From NCBI RefSeq assembly GCF_009914755.1, contig NC_060925.1: a stretch of DNA of 64,000 nt. One strand, written 5' to 3'. A program made the translations under genes and the position numbers. Source of the stretch: the human T2T-CHM13v2.0 reference genome, Homo sapiens. Position 1 is the first letter of the stretch; each line of letters begins with the position of its first letter. The notes below the pieces were generated by a model. It did not search any database and was not told the DNA's origin. It saw nothing but the letters and a program-made list of their open reading frames with translations. Below, one piece after another: positions 12,516 through 27,845 of the stretch.

Positions 12516-15125
12516 CCGAAGGGCCTGTGCCCTAGAGACAGCTCCATACTAGGCCCTGAGCCCGAGGCCCCCCTCTCCTGCTCTTTGTTGCAAAAGACCA
12601 GTGTGTTTCAGAGAGGTGGAGAGGTGTTAACGTCTCAGCAGCCCCAGTGGAGACTTTCTCTTTGAGGGATCAGGGGATTGAAGAGAATTGAAAAAGGGAA
12701 AATGTTCTCAGTTTATGGCGTCCTAGAATACAGTGTCAGGTGCCACTAAATCCTCTTGCAGATGGCCCCGGTGAGAAAACTGAGGTCCAGAGCCAGGAAG
12801 GGACTTGGCGAGGGCGTGGACATGCCAGAAAGATGGCCTCTCCTGTCACTGCACCGACCTGCTGTCCCTGAATCTGTTTATGCTCACTTTGACTATTTTT
12901 AAAAACAAAGACCGAAAAAACATTTTTAGATGGATGCAGGGGAGGGGATGCCCCAAATCAAATGGGCACACTGAGGTCGGAAGAAAGAAGCCTCAGAAAG
13001 TCCCATCCATCCTGCTGGCCTACCTGCCTCCTCCCTGCCCTTCTGGCCCATGCGCCCAGGGTGAGCTTGGAATTCTTGATAGTAGACAAATGGTGAGGAC
13101 AGAGAGGGGAGCCATCTCACTAGGAGAGGCTTCTGGGGGAGCTAGATGCACTGGGTTTGAATCCTCGCTCTGCCCTGAAATGGCCACATGACCTTGGGCA
13201 ATTACTTCACTGCAAAGTGCCTCGGTTTCCTCATCTGTAAAATTGGACTAATACGGTGCCTATGTCAAAGGAACATTTAGGATATTAAATATTCATAAAT
13301 TACTACATGTAAATGCTTCCAACTGTGCCTGGCATAAACACTGTGTTTGCCAGTCATACTATTATTATTATTATTAGTCACAGGGAAGAAAGGAAGGAAA
13401 CTAACATGTATTTAGTCCTTATGAAAGGCCAGGCACTGTGCCTGCAATTTGTGTGGCTCATCTTATGTAATTTCACCACTCTAGAAAGGTAGTTCTTTGT
13501 CTGAGACTGTCATTGACGAACCCAGGGTCCCATCATTGTGGGGATGCAGCCACATTCTGACCCTGGGCACGCAGATGTTCACTACATGGACTCAGGACAA
13601 GTGGGGAGGTGGAAACGCAGGGAGAGGAGCCGATAGCTGAGCCGAGGGCTTCTGGGGCGGGGATGGGCTGGGGGTCCATCAGGCTGGAAGGGGCGGCTGG
13701 GGCTAGCTCAGGAATTCCGTGGGAAGAAGCTTGCACTTTCTCCCACAGGCCCTGGGGAGCGACAGGCAGGCCACGAGTAGGGAGTGACATGATAAAGGGG
13801 GTGTTCGGGGAAGGTCTGTGTGGCTGCGGTTTCAGGATGGATGGGGGCAGCGGAAGGGTCCGGAGGGGAGGCAGGAAGCTCCACTGGGCGGCTGGCCTGG
13901 GACGGTCCCCTGGGAGAGGCACAAGGAGCCTTCAGTCAGACTGACCGCCAGGACCTCATGGTCCTGGGCCCTGACCCGGCCCTGACCCTGAGTCCCGCCT
14001 GAGGTGTGGACTGGGCCCCAGTCCTTCCCTTCGCCCGTGGGCGGCTTTATCTGGGAGTCTCCGGAGGGTGTCCCGTCTGGGTTGAGCAGGCCTGGCCGCC
14101 TGCAGATTTATGAGGTGTGGGGGAAGTGGCGGGGGCAGCGGGCGTGTGAGGCAGCCCTGGTGGGAGAGGGGAGAGCTGGAGGATGCTCTCCAGCCCATGA
14201 ACCTGCGCTGACCCCATTTCCACCCCGAACTAACCCCACCCCATCTCACTGGGTCAGCCCCAGAACAAGGCGGCACCTGCTGCCTCAGTTTCTCCTCACA
14301 GACACCTTGAGGGGTGAGTAGAGAGAGGCTACAGGCAAGAACCTTAGATATGAGGAGGCTGTAGACAGAACATGCTAGAAGCTTCTGTACCCGGGTCAGA
14401 AGATGTCTATGATACGAAAGCAGGTTACTAACAGTATGCTGGGTATGATTCCATTTGCAACTTTGAAAGGAATAAATATGCATCTGTGCCTCTATAAATA
14501 CATTTTATGTGCAGTAAAATGCCTAAATGATGTTTAGTTTGTGACTTCTTCTGGGGAAAGAGCTTTGACTTTCACTGTATACCTGTCTATATTGTTTCAA
14601 TATCTTGTAAGCATATACTTTTTTCACTTACAAACTTTTTTAAAAACAGAGTAATGGTAGGGGGTGATGGTGGGTGGGAGAGGGCCTTTGTGTTTATGGG
14701 TGATAGGGGGTTGCTTTTGTGGGGTCCTGAGGGTGCTCAGGGTTTGGGTGGTTCTGGAATACTTGAGTCATTCTCTGCTGAGAGCCCTACCCTCCGAGAG
14801 ACCCCAGCCTCATTGGGGAGACCCCACATGGATGAGCTCCCAGGATAAGGCAGGCACAGACAGGTTCCAGGGAGGTGGGTAGAGACAGTCAGGGAGGGTT
14901 TCCCAAAGGTGGCGGCCATTGAAAGGTGAGACAATTAGATTAGATGGGAAGGACAGCCTCAGGCATTGTAGAAGAGAAGCTAAGAGCAGACTCTGGAGTC
15001 AGACAGGTGTGAATCCAAATCCTTGCTCTTTTACTTACCAGTCATGGGACTCTGAGCATATTTTGTCATCCTGAGCCTCAATTTTCTCATCTGTGTAATG
15101 TTTACCCTAATGATATTAAAAATCG

Positions 15126-15754
<629 letters not shown>

Positions 15755-16396
15755 TAAGTTATGCTTTTAGGTGTAGGGATCCCAAAAGCTGGGGGATGGC
15801 CCTGAGAATTTGAAAGCACCCTGCCAGATGTCCAGGACCCCAGCCTGAAAAGGCATAGGGTCAGGAAGGGTCATGTAGAGGGACCCAGAGGGTCCCTCCT
15901 AGGAGAGAACAGCTTCTCCTAGGAGAGGGCTTCCTAGGCAGTTGGATGATATGGCAGCCCGTCGTAAGGGCACCAGGCAGTCCTTAGTCAAGGTCCATCC
16001 TGGTCTGGGTATCCAGTGGCAGCTGGCATTCATTTGCATGAGCACTGCCTCCCTGGGGCTCCCAGGACAGCCACAAAGCAGGACACCATGCTGCCCTTGT
16101 GCCACGCCTGAGCTGTGATCCAAAGCCAGGGTGGGATTCTGGCTGCCCCCAGAGACTGGGACTCAAGTCCCAGTGCCACCTCTCACACATGGTCTTTCCC
16201 TGCATGATCAGGTCACCTTTCTAGGCCTCAGTTTCCCTCTCGGTGACACAGTGGTATGAGGGGCAAGCTGGACCTCTCTCTGAGGGCCACTCAAGATTTT
16301 ATAGTCAGTGAGGTTGGAGCTAGCTGTCAGAACCAGTTCATATCCTCATTCCCCAGCACAGAGCCTGGTACCTATTGGGGGCCCAGCCAGGTCCTG

Positions 16397-16582
16397 GTGG
16401 ATGGATGATGGATGGATGAATGGATGGCTGGCTGGATGGATGATGGGTGACGGATGGGTGGGTGGGTGGGTGGATGAATGGATGGATGGATGATGGATGG
16501 ATGGATGGATGGATGGATAGATGGACAGATGAATGATGGATGGATGGATGATGGGTGATGGGTGGATGGATGGATGGTTGGT
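16397..16582 (+). repeat. (GGAT)n/(TGGA)n simple repeat
   Basis: Direct inspection. Confidence 0.95.
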
Positions 16583-18547
16583 TACCTAGTTAACTCATGA
16601 ACACGCCAGAAAATGACAGAATCAGATAATGATTTGCTCCCTCCTCAGGTCTTTGCACTTGCTCCTTCCTCTCGGAACATTTTCCCCAGCTATTTTCCCA
16701 GCTCGCTTCCTCACCTGCCATGAAGCTTGACTTGGAGGCCAGCATAGCCACTAATCACCAAGGGCTTTGAGCAAAACCCTTGGCCTCACTGAACCCTAGT
16801 TATCTCATCTGTAAAATGGGGACACTGAGGCTCACCTGTTTCCTTTATACTGCTCAGGTGCTCCCTGTGTACTTCTCAATTCTTCAGGTACTTCAACAGG
16901 TACTTCTCAACAGTACTGTTACCCTTTATTGCACTTAATGGTGGTCTGTTTGCCCCGGGCCATTCCTGCCACCCTGCCCCCATTATCTGTCTTGCCCCAA
17001 GGGATGGTGGGATTTCATTCCTCTTGGAGTCGGCTGAGCTCAGTACAACCCTGCAGTAGGCCCTCAGGGAGGCTCTGATGAGTGTCTTGAGTGTCCCTGA
17101 CAGTGATGGGAAGGGGCCTTGCAAACTGTTTAGGACTGCGCTGTTGCCTTTCAGGAAGCTCAGCTGTGCCTAGGTCTATACCAACACCTCTGCCCAGCCA
17201 CCTCCCTCACCAGGTGGCTCTGAGCCTTTGGCCAGGGAATTCAAAGCCCTTTCTACCATCCCATCCCCAGCCCCTTGAGTTCGGTGACACACTTTAGAGG
17301 AGGTGTCATCCTCACAAGGGGGACAATTAGCAGCTAACCTTCCTTGATGACTGTAGCACCCTCTGGAGGGATTCTCTCACCACAGCCACACCCACTGCTT
17401 CAAAGCCAAATTTTGGGCCTGGCTAACAGCAGGCCTGCATGTGTGTCAGGGGAGGCGAGTGGAGAGGCTCAAGAACCTGCCCCAGATCCCACCCATGCAA
17501 CATTCTCGCTGCCTGTCAACCTGAGGCTTGTGCACTCTATGGGTTCAAGAGGCACCTGCATCCTCTAATTTGCTATAGAGGCCAAACCTCTGAGGCACGT
17601 CAGATGGATAACACAAGTCACCCATTTTACAGCTGAGAAAACTGAGACTTAAAGAAGTTCATGCTTGGCTTATTCAGACAGAGCATAACCTGACTCAGTC
17701 TTGCCCCCCGAGACCCCACAGTTTGGTGGAGGTGGGGCACTCAGAAATAATTATCTCCCCGCATGGAGGATGGGGTGGAGGCTCACAGAAAATGGGGCTG
17801 AGGGAACCCCAAAAATGACCTTGTAGCCAGGTCCTGAAAGCTGAGCAGAATTTTGGCAAATAGGGTGGGCTGGGGAAGACTGTGGGCTAAGGTCAATTCC
17901 ACGCATGGTAGTGGGGGCCTGGATTCTTTAAGGACAGGGACAACTCTGTCCCCTGTCTGCAGAGGCAGTCTTGATGACATCTATTTTGGTTTTGCTTCTA
18001 AAAGCACCTCCTGCCCCACCTGTGCCCTCTTCCCCAGCTTCAGGTGTTCTTGCCTCTGTCCTCAAGGAGCAGCTCTCCAACCTTCCCAAAGCTGAAAAGC
18101 TGAGCTCCTCAGAGTCTGCCTCATGTCATCCTGGCCACAGGAGGGAGGACACATGCCATGATCCCCTGTCCGGGAGGGTGATATAACTCGGGGAGATGAG
18201 ACCGCAGAGGCTGGGCCAGCTGAGCACACCCCAAGGCCTGTGTGAGTCACTCCTCTGCTGCTGTAACCCATTTCTCTCCTCTGCTCTAGGGGCCTCCCCA
18301 TCATCCCATCTGTACACCCAGGAAAGTGGCCTTAGATCACTTAGGATGACAGGCTTGGGAGGGTGGCTGTGTCTCGGGTAGGTATAAGATCCTGTTCGGC
18401 CTTTTTCTTTCATCCTCCCGACGAGCCTGCAAAGGAAGATCCCATTTTTCCAGATAAGGAACTGCAGCTCAGAGAGGTGAATGCATGTGACCAAGGCCAC
18501 ACAGCCCATCCCAATGTTGAGCCAGGTGATGCCAGCTGTCTCCAGAG

Positions 18548-18760
18548 CCAGTGGTCTTGCCAAGTGCAGGTCTGTAGGCTTCCTAGGCTGGCAGCATCAG
18601 CATCACCTGGGAGGCCTGTGGAAAATACAGATTCCCAGCCACCAATTATGAGCCTGCCCCCATGATTCTCTTCTGATCTCATGGGGATCAGGGAATGCCA
18701 GGACTGATGTTTTTAAAACGTGCCTGAGTCCATTGTGATGCACAGCCAGCTGCTACCCTG
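18548..18760. mobile_element. MER5A-like hAT-Charlie fragment
   Basis: gcagcatcagcatcacctgggag...aaatacagattccca and ttttaaaa..gtgatgcacagcca motifs. Confidence 0.6.
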
Positions 18761-21199
18761 TGCCACCACCAAATGATGTTCAAAGTGTGACAGATTATGA
18801 GAAGCAAAAAAACAAAGAGTAGCACGAACACACCAAAATGTTGGCAGTGGTCGCGGAGAGCGGGAGGGATCGTGGGGGGAGATAATTATTATTTTGTACT
18901 TTATACTTCCATCTGACTTTTCTGTGTTTTCCAAATTGTCTCTAATGAGCATGTATTGCTTTTATAATGAAAAAAATAAATAACAGAGCATCTGGCTGGG
19001 AACTATTTGGAGAGGGGTGAGAATAAGCATTGGAGCCATGTCCACACAGACCCGGGTCAGCCACCCCGCTCTTGGGCAGGGCACTTGACACTGAGCACTG
19101 AGCCTCCGTTCCCTTGTCTGTAAAATGGGGATAGGAAAGTCTCAAAGTATAGCTGGGAGTGTTGAGTAAGATAATTCCCTAGAGCTAACAATTCTCCTTC
19201 CTCCTTCCCTCTCCTGGACCTCTCTCTCCCTGGCAACCCTTCCCCTGGACGCCCTTCCCTGCCAATGCCCAGTTGAAGCAGTTGAAGCCTCCTCCCCGGC
19301 TCACCCAGACCCTCATGGTGTGTGCAGTCTGCCAGGGGCTTTCAGGGCTGCCTCAGCAAAGCCCATTTTGCAGATGGGGAAACCAAGGCCCAGGGCAGCC
19401 GAGGGACTTGGTTGCCAGCTCTGGCTCCCCAGCAGAGGGAGGGGGGCGTCCACGTGTCTGCTGCGCATCTCTGCCTGTCGTTGCCTTGCTCAGTGTGTGT
19501 GAGGGGGCAGCAAGTCACCATCTGTGTTTTCCAATAAAAGAAAATGAAAATTGAAGCACATTAAAAATAGCTCAATTGGGATTCCGAGCGGGGCTCTGAG
19601 GCCTGCTGTGGCAGACGCCCAGCCTGCCTCCCCCTCCTCCCAGCCTGGCACCGACATCACCCGGAGTCATCTGAGGCGAACGTCTCCTGGTGGCGTATGG
19701 GAAGGGGCCAGGGTGCAGGCAGTGTCCCTGATGGCACCAGGGGCTGCTGGGGACCCCCAATTCCAGTTTCCCAGCTCCCAGCAGCTGGTGTCCCACCAGA
19801 GACAGGAGAAAATGGAATTGGGGCCATATGCTGGGCAGACTCCAGACACCCTCCACTCCTTAGGGCTGCAGGACCCTCAGCTGGAACCTCTACCCACTAA
19901 GAATGGCTCAGGGACACCCTGTGGCAGAAAGGAAGGTAGCCTCTTCTGGGGGCCTGGAAACCAGGTTCCCAGGCCACCTTTTCACTGAATCCCTGTGCCT
20001 TGAGCAAGCCAGGAACCCCTCTGGGCCCATTTCCTCCTCTGTCCAGTGAGGATCTTGGTAGGGGCCAAGGGGTGGTGTGTGAGTGGGCTTCTGAGACTCC
20101 TGTCTCCAGCAAGGCTCCTTCCTGGCTTCATGACCTGGGGAAGCCCCTTCCCCTCACTGAATCCCAGTGACCTAGTTGGAAATGAGGATGATTTAGGAGT
20201 TTCCTGTAGGGGATGTGTCAGAGGACAAAAGGAGACATCAGCAAGCACTTAGCTTGGTGCCTGGCATGGGCAGGGACTTGACCAATGGCCACTATTGTAA
20301 TCCGTCTCATTATCATGATTTTCTGTGAAATGGGAGTGTGATGGCCCCACACCGTAGCAGGCCTGGGTGAACTCTGCGCTGGCTGCAGTGGCTCATCATA
20401 AGGAAGGCTAGCATTCACCCAGGAGTGCTGGTGCCCAGTGATTCCCAGCATCTCTTCCTCCCTCGTGGGTCCAGCTCTCTACAGCAGCATCTAGTGCCTA
20501 TGACCAGCCACCACGCAGACCCTCAGTGAGGCAGACAAGGGGGCACGATTCCTACCTCGAGGCCCAGAGAGTGCTGGGCAGAGAGCAGCCCTGGATCCAC
20601 ACAGCTAGGCCCACGCAGGGGTTCCCTGCCAGGATCTGAGTGGTCTGAGAGTGGACAGGACATCCATGGAGGACCTGAGCTGCCTGGGTCTGGGCCTGTG
20701 CGAGCAGAACCTGGGCTACATCCTGCGGGATGGCCTTGGGCAGGTTGCTTCACTTCTCTGGGCCTCAATTTCTTCATCTATAAAATGGGGCTGATAATAG
20801 TTCCTGTCTCATTGGGCTTTGGGAAGACGAGTCCTGGGCAGGGTTTGGTAGGTGGAAAACACTAAATCCATGGTGCCCCTGAGAGCACCAGCCCACCCCC
20901 ACCTGCAATCCCATCCCTCCAGGACAGAAACTTGCTGGGCCCACCAGGGCCCAGTCACACAGGACCAGCACCTGCCCTGCCTCAGCTCCAAGCCTCTCCT
21001 GGACAGGCACACGGTGGAGGTGGGGTGGCTCCCCTCAACCATAGATGTCAACTAAAGTGGCCAGGCCCTCCCCCCCACTTCAAATGCCCTTCAGCAGAGG
21101 GTCTGGGTGGTTTCTCAGCGGCAAGGAGTGAGTGTGTGGGGTTCATGGATCCAGCCATCACGGGGTGTGAGAGATGGCCACTTTCTCGACTGAGGATGG

Positions 21200-21690
21200 T
21201 CTGTTAGTTTCTTGTTGCTGCTATGACTAATTACCAAAGTCTTCGTGGTTTAAAACAAGACGCATTTATTGTTTTACAGCCCTGGAGGTTAGACTTCTGA
21301 AATGGGTTTCACTGGGCTGAAATGGCCAGCGGGGGGTGAAGGGCACACTACCTCCAGAAGCTCAGGAGGAGGATCCATGTCCTTGCCCTTTCTAGAGACT
21401 TCTAGAGGCTACCTGCATCCCAGAGCTTGTGGCTCCTTCATCCCCAAAGTGTGTCATTCCCACCTGGCTTCTGACATCACATCTCTCTAACGCCAACCCT
21501 CCCACCCCCTCTTACGAGGACACTCATGATTACATTAGACCCACTTGGCTAATCCAGGATAATCCCCACATCTCACGATTCCTAATCTCATCTCATTTGC
21601 AAAGTCCCTGTTGCTACGTAAGGCAACATTCCCAGATACTGGGGATTAGGAATGTGGCCATCTCTTGGGGGACATTATTCTGTCTCCCAT
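21200..21690 (-). mobile_element. MLT1 (ERVL-MaLR) solo LTR
   Basis: tgttagtttc..ttgctgct..aattacca, aatccaggataatcccc and ggggacattattctgtct are MaLR motifs. Confidence 0.8.
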
Positions 21691-22000
21691 AGATGAGAAA
21701 GCAAGTCTGCTCAGCCTGGCCCGAGGGTGCTGGCTGATGTTGATAATAACAATATCATAACATCCGCTTATTGAGTGATTGCTTTGTGTTATAATTTGAG
21801 TGATAATGACCACGGTCAATATTTTACTGAGTACTTACTATAGCCAGGCTCTGGGCTAAGAACTTAACATGCATGATCTTGTCACAGCCACCTGCGAGGC
21901 AGGTACTAATCTTGTTCCTATCCCACAGCTCAGAAAGGGAAGCTCAAGACTTGCCCTGGGGTAGTGGGTTAGGAAGTGGGGTTCAAATGTAAATGACTCT

Positions 22001-22281
<281 letters not shown>

Positions 22282-22801
22282 TCTAAATGACTGCTGAGGC
22301 CACTCTCTCAGACCCCGGGATGTGCCGCTGGATAGGCCATTAGGCCATTTCCCTGGTGTTTGGACCTAACACCTGGGTTCTGCTGCCAGGTTCCCGCTCC
22401 CCTGCGACTCGCTCCAGTGGCAGATACAAGAACTGCTTGATGGGGTTTCACCCTCGCCAGTTTGGGTTCCTCCAAGCAGGGGCTGCGGTTGGGGCAGATG
22501 CACGGGAGGCGCTCAGAGAGGGAGTGTTAAAATGGGAGGAGGGCAGAGGCTGGAGGACAGGCAGGGGTGCTGAGGGCTGCTTGTGGGAGAGCAGAGTGGG
22601 TGTCTGTCTGAGTCTAATTCTGTATCTGGGTGAGGGTGCGGAGCCGGACATTCTGGGAACCAATTCTGGCCACACCACTGAGTGTTTGACAGGGAGCCTT
22701 GGCCCAGAACTCTGAGGCTGTCTGTAGCATAGGACCCCCACTGCACTCTGCTCCTTGCAAAGCCTTTAGGGAGCACCAGTGTGTAGAAAACCCTGAGTCT
22801 A

Positions 22802-23100
22802 GCCGGGTGCAGTGGTTGACACCTGTAATCCCAACACTTTAGGGGGCTGAGACGGAAGGATCACTTGAGGTCAGGAGTTCGAGACCAGCCTGGCCAACAT
22901 GGCGAAACCCCATCTGTACCAAAAATACAAAAATTAGCCAGGCATGGTGGCGGGCACCTGTAATCCCAGCTACTCAGGAGGCTAAGGCAGGAGAATCACT
23001 TGAACCCTGGAGGCGGAGGTTGCAGTAAGCCAAGATGGCGCCACTGCACTCCGGCCTGGGTGACAGAGAGAGACCCTGTCGCAAAAAAAAAAAAAAAAAA
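22802..23100 (+). mobile_element. AluS
   Basis: Sense dimer with poly(A). Confidence 0.93.
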
Positions 23101-25929
23101 ACATTGAGTTCATCCCGTGAGCACCGGCATTCTCCTTTGCTGGAACCCTGGGGCCCTTCCCCAGTTCTGTCTTTCCACCTCTCCACGAGCTTTCCGTCAC
23201 TCTGAGTCTTAGGCCCCACACATTGCTACCTCACCATGGGATCTTGGACCAACCCCCAGGCTGCCTCAGTCTTTCCGTCTCTGCATTGGGTGCAGAGATT
23301 GCTGCATGCCAGCAATCCCTAAGGCCTCAGCTCATGATGTGACCCCTTCACAACCTTTGTGGGACTGACAAGGAACCTCCCCACCCTGGGAACCCGCCAC
23401 TGGCCAGTTCTGCTCCCTGGGGTGGGGGCAGAGGGGACAGAAGCCAGGTACAGGAAGAGGGCCTCCTGCAGGAGCATGTGTCTTCCCTGCTCCTTCAGTT
23501 GGAGGCTCAGGGAGGATTCCTTAGACATTCCCTGTTCGTGGCATCCTCCTCCATCAGGGTCTTCCCGCCTCCCCGGAGAGCTCAGCTGTAGCCAGTGGGA
23601 AATGGGACAGATAATTGCAAGTTTAAATAAGGCCAAGTGAACACTCCCTCCCAGGCCCAGCACAGGGGACTCTCTGAGCTTTGAAGGGAGGCAGCCGGGA
23701 GGAAGCCTCAAATGGCACTCAGAGTCCCAGCACTACCACTGCCTCCCTGGTGACCCCAGGCAAGTCACAGCCCCTCTCTGAACCTCAGTTTCCTCATCTG
23801 TGAAATGGGGACCACATGGCATCACCTAGGAAAAGTGGCTAGCACAGTGCCTGGTACATTGAGCACCTAGTAGGTACTCAATAGCTGGAAATGAGGATTA
23901 TGATTATTATCCCTGTTCAAATGCAGCGTCCCGCTCATCCCACCCCACTCCAGAGGTTTCTTTGGGAGCTGTTCTCAGTCGTGTTGGCCTCTAGGGGAAT
24001 GAGGGGCAATGATGATTGTGGTACTAGCCTCCCCTGAGCTAGGCTGACTGTGCCAGGCCTTGTGCAAAGGGCGTTGTGTCCATACCTATGAGTAGGTGTT
24101 ATTTACTATTCCCATTTCCCAGATGAGGTCACTGAGGCTGCAGTCCTATGGTGGTTGGGGGGAGGAGAGGGCTAGCAGGGAAGGAGTTGGGAGCCCATCA
24201 GCCTGAGGGGACCACCCACCACACACCCCATCAGAGAAGCATCCTGTCCCAGTGGGATGCGAGCCAGCGTGGTGAGATGCTTGAGGTTCCGGGTCCAATT
24301 TGCCCTTTATAGGAAAAAATTTCTGAGCCTGCTCCCAGCATCAGTAGGTCTGACTGGGCTGCCCCAGGCTGCTGCTATCACCACCAATACAGAATTCCTG
24401 GTGAGAAGGAACCCCAGTGTGGGGCTGGGGAGCTGATGAACTGACTGGGCAGGGCACTGGGCCCAGCTGTGGCCTGTGGTCCTGTGGCCTCCGGCTCTCA
24501 TGTGAACCAGCGGAGTGGCACAGCCAGCAGCTTGGGAGGCTTCTGTTTGGCTCAGGAACAAGGCCGGGTCTGCCATGTTTGTGGGCTTAGCACAAGGCCA
24601 TCTGACATAGCCTCTCCTTGTGCCTCAGGGAAGCTGTCTCCAGGTCACACTGGGCACCAATGGCCTTCATCCTCCACTTAGCAGCCCAGCATTGCAGGGC
24701 CTCAGGCCCAGTCCAAAACCAGACTAGGAAAGGGCATCAGACACACTCTGGAGGGTGAATTGGAGCCCAGAGAAGGGGCATCTAACTCAAGCTGGGGAAG
24801 TGGGGGGTGGTCTGATTCCATGCTGCCACCTGAGCCCTTCCCGACGCCACTACCTGCATCAGCTCTCACCTGAGACTTTCAACTCCCAAAAGGCTCCTTG
24901 GGATCATGAAAGGAGTTTGGGTCACACAGCCCAGAAATCAAAGCCTGCCTCCCTCACCAACTTGCAGCCAACTTGCAGGGATCTTGCCTGCTTACTTGTT
25001 CTCTCTGTGCCTTGGTTTACTTATCTGCAAAATGGGGGCAATGATCCATCCCTTGAAGGGTTTTGGAAAGCTTAGAGGAGCTCAGGTGCTATGCTGGGTG
25101 TCCATTGCATGGGACAGTGCCTGGCAGGTCGTAGGTGCTCAGTAAATGGTAGCTATGGTGATAGAGATGCTAGGGGTGGAAGTAGCATTCCCTCACCTCC
25201 TGGTCCATGTCCTCCTTCCCACCACTGGCCCAGGGTGCCCCTCTTCCCCCTGTGTCTTCTCCACCTCGAAGGCTCTCTTGATTTCGAGCCCTGCTCCATG
25301 TCAAGGGCCCCACCAGCCCCCATTCCAGAAGCTGGCTCTTTAGCTGGCATTGCCTCTCAGGGTACCAGTGGGAAATGGTGGGAAAGCAATGGTCACTAAT
25401 GATGAAGACATGGAGTCTCTGGTGAAGATGGTGATGGGAAATCACTGAGCAGCTCTCCTGAGAAACATCGACATGCGAGAAAATGTCCCAGCAGAGCCGT
25501 GACTGCTTAACTGCCTGAGATGCCAGGTGTGGTTGGCAAGAGAGCCCAGGGAGTCACACTGAGCAGAGATGGCACCCTGGGGTGTTCTGTCACTGCATCC
25601 ACACTGCTGAGGGCTGCGGAGGCGGTCCTGGAGCCAAGCGTTACTGTGGGAGGGATGCAGGCATTCTGGAAACGTCTCCTCCGAGGCAGCAGCCTCTCTC
25701 AGAAAGAGCGAGGGCTTTGGAGCCATCAGACCTAAAGTGGAATCTCTTCTCTGCTCCTGACCAGCTGTGTGGCCTGGAGAAGCCCTCCATACCTTTCTGA
25801 TCCTACAGTTTCCTCATCTGTAACATGGATCCTTTACACAAGAGAACACAGCAACAGCTGTCAGGCCACTTCTTCTGTGGTCCTCTGCTGTCTTAGGGAT
25901 GAAGTCTTAGTCCTTCAACCTGGTATTCA

Positions 25930-26245
<316 letters not shown>

Positions 26246-26936
26246 AAGACTCTTTGTGGTGTCTGGAGTTCTCTTTCCCCTAGGCCTTCCTTCTCCCTCC
26301 TGCAGGTTCTTGAAGGGGCCCTGATCATTCTCTCCCGGCCTTTGTACAAGCTGTTCTTTCTGCCCGAGACACCTTTTCCCCTTCTCCTGGTGCTTCCTCT
26401 TTCCCTCCTCCTTTTGCCTTGCTGTCTCCTACTCAATTTGGGGTTCAAGCCAGTTGCCACTCACTTGGGAAGTCTCCTCTAACCTCCAGGCAGGGTTAGG
26501 ATTCCTCCTTTGCTGTGGGATCCCCCTTATAGACTGGGACCCCTTATGTCTGGGATCCCCCTTACAGACTGTAGGACAGGGGACCGTGGTAGGGGTGAGG
26601 CTGAACCTGGTTTAAGTTACCATTCACTGGCCCCTCTTTGGGGTGGGATGGGCCCCAGCCATGTCCATATCCATAATGTGATATGGACAACAGATTCACA
26701 GGCCAGATGGGGTCCTCGTGAAGCAGGCTATCTGAATGCAAAGGGAAGCCAGGTTCCAGGGCCACAGAACAGAGCCCAGGATTCCAGACTCAGCAAGGGC
26801 CCAATCCACAGGTAGAATGTGGAGCTTGGAAAGTGCTTGGGAACTAGTGGCAGGAGCCAGACAGGGCTTAGGGTTTGCTCCAAATCAGTAAATTTCTTTA
26901 AGTCAGTGATAGTATCTATTTTTGATTCTCCAATAC

Positions 26937-27243
26937 TTTTTTCTTTTTCTTTTTTGAGACAGAGTCTCATTCACTCTGTCACCTAGGCTGGAATGCAGTG
27001 GTGAGATCTCAGCTCACTGCAACCTCTGCCTCCTGGGTTCAAGTTGATTCTCGTGCCTCAATCTCCCAAGTAGCTGGGATTACAGACATGCACCACCACA
27101 CCCAGCTAATTTTTGTATTTTTAGTAGGGACAGGGTTTTGTCATGTTGTTCAGGGTGGTCTGGAACTCCTGAGCTCCAGCGATTCACCCACCTCAGCCTC
27201 CCAAAGTGCTGGGATTACAGGCGTGAGCCACCACGTAGAGCCT
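26937..27243 (-). mobile_element. Alu (S/J)
   Basis: Antisense dimer with TSD tgattctcca(a/g)tact. Confidence 0.92.
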
Positions 27244-27299
27244 GATTCTCCAGTACTCAGCATGGGCCTGACACATAGTAGGTGTTCAACACATGCAGG

Positions 27300-27845
27300 C
27301 TGGCTGGATGGGAGGAGTGGATAGCAGATGTATAGATGTATAAATGAGTGATGTGAATGGATGGACAGGTAAATGAATGGGCGAGTGGATAAATGAATGG
27401 AAAGAAGAGAGGTAGGGAGGGAGGTTGCTTCAGAGGAAGGGAAAAAACCGAAGTGGGATGCTGGGCATAGGGGTGAGTGGATAAATTGGTGGTGTAAGGA
27501 TAGACAGATGAATGTGGTAAATGAGAAAATGAGTAGATGAATAGATAGATGGGTGAGTGGAAGGCAAGATGGCAGAATGACTTCATAAATAGCTGCTTGG
27601 ATTGGGTGATTTGACGAATAGATGGATGGATGGATAGGTGAGTGTGTGGGTGGGTGGAATGTTGGGTAAGTGAATGGATGGGTACACGGGCGGGCAGATG
27701 GATAAGCGTATAGATGTGTGCGGATGGGTAAATAGGTAGGTGGGTGAGTGAGCAGATGTCAAGATAGTTTATGGATGATTGCAAGGATTGGATGGTTGGA
27801 AAGATAGATGGATGAGTGGGCGTATGGGTCAATGGGTGAATGAAT
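27300..27845 (+). repeat. Degenerate (TGGA)n-like low-complexity tract; a second tract lies at ~28290-28450
   Basis: Runs of ggatggat/gggtgagt. Confidence 0.85.

Noticed and set aside
11558-12547. 329-aa, 234-aa and overlapping long ORFs
   Set aside because: They are translations of the VNTR, which lacks stops on the C/T-rich strand. Low-complexity products with no gene structure.
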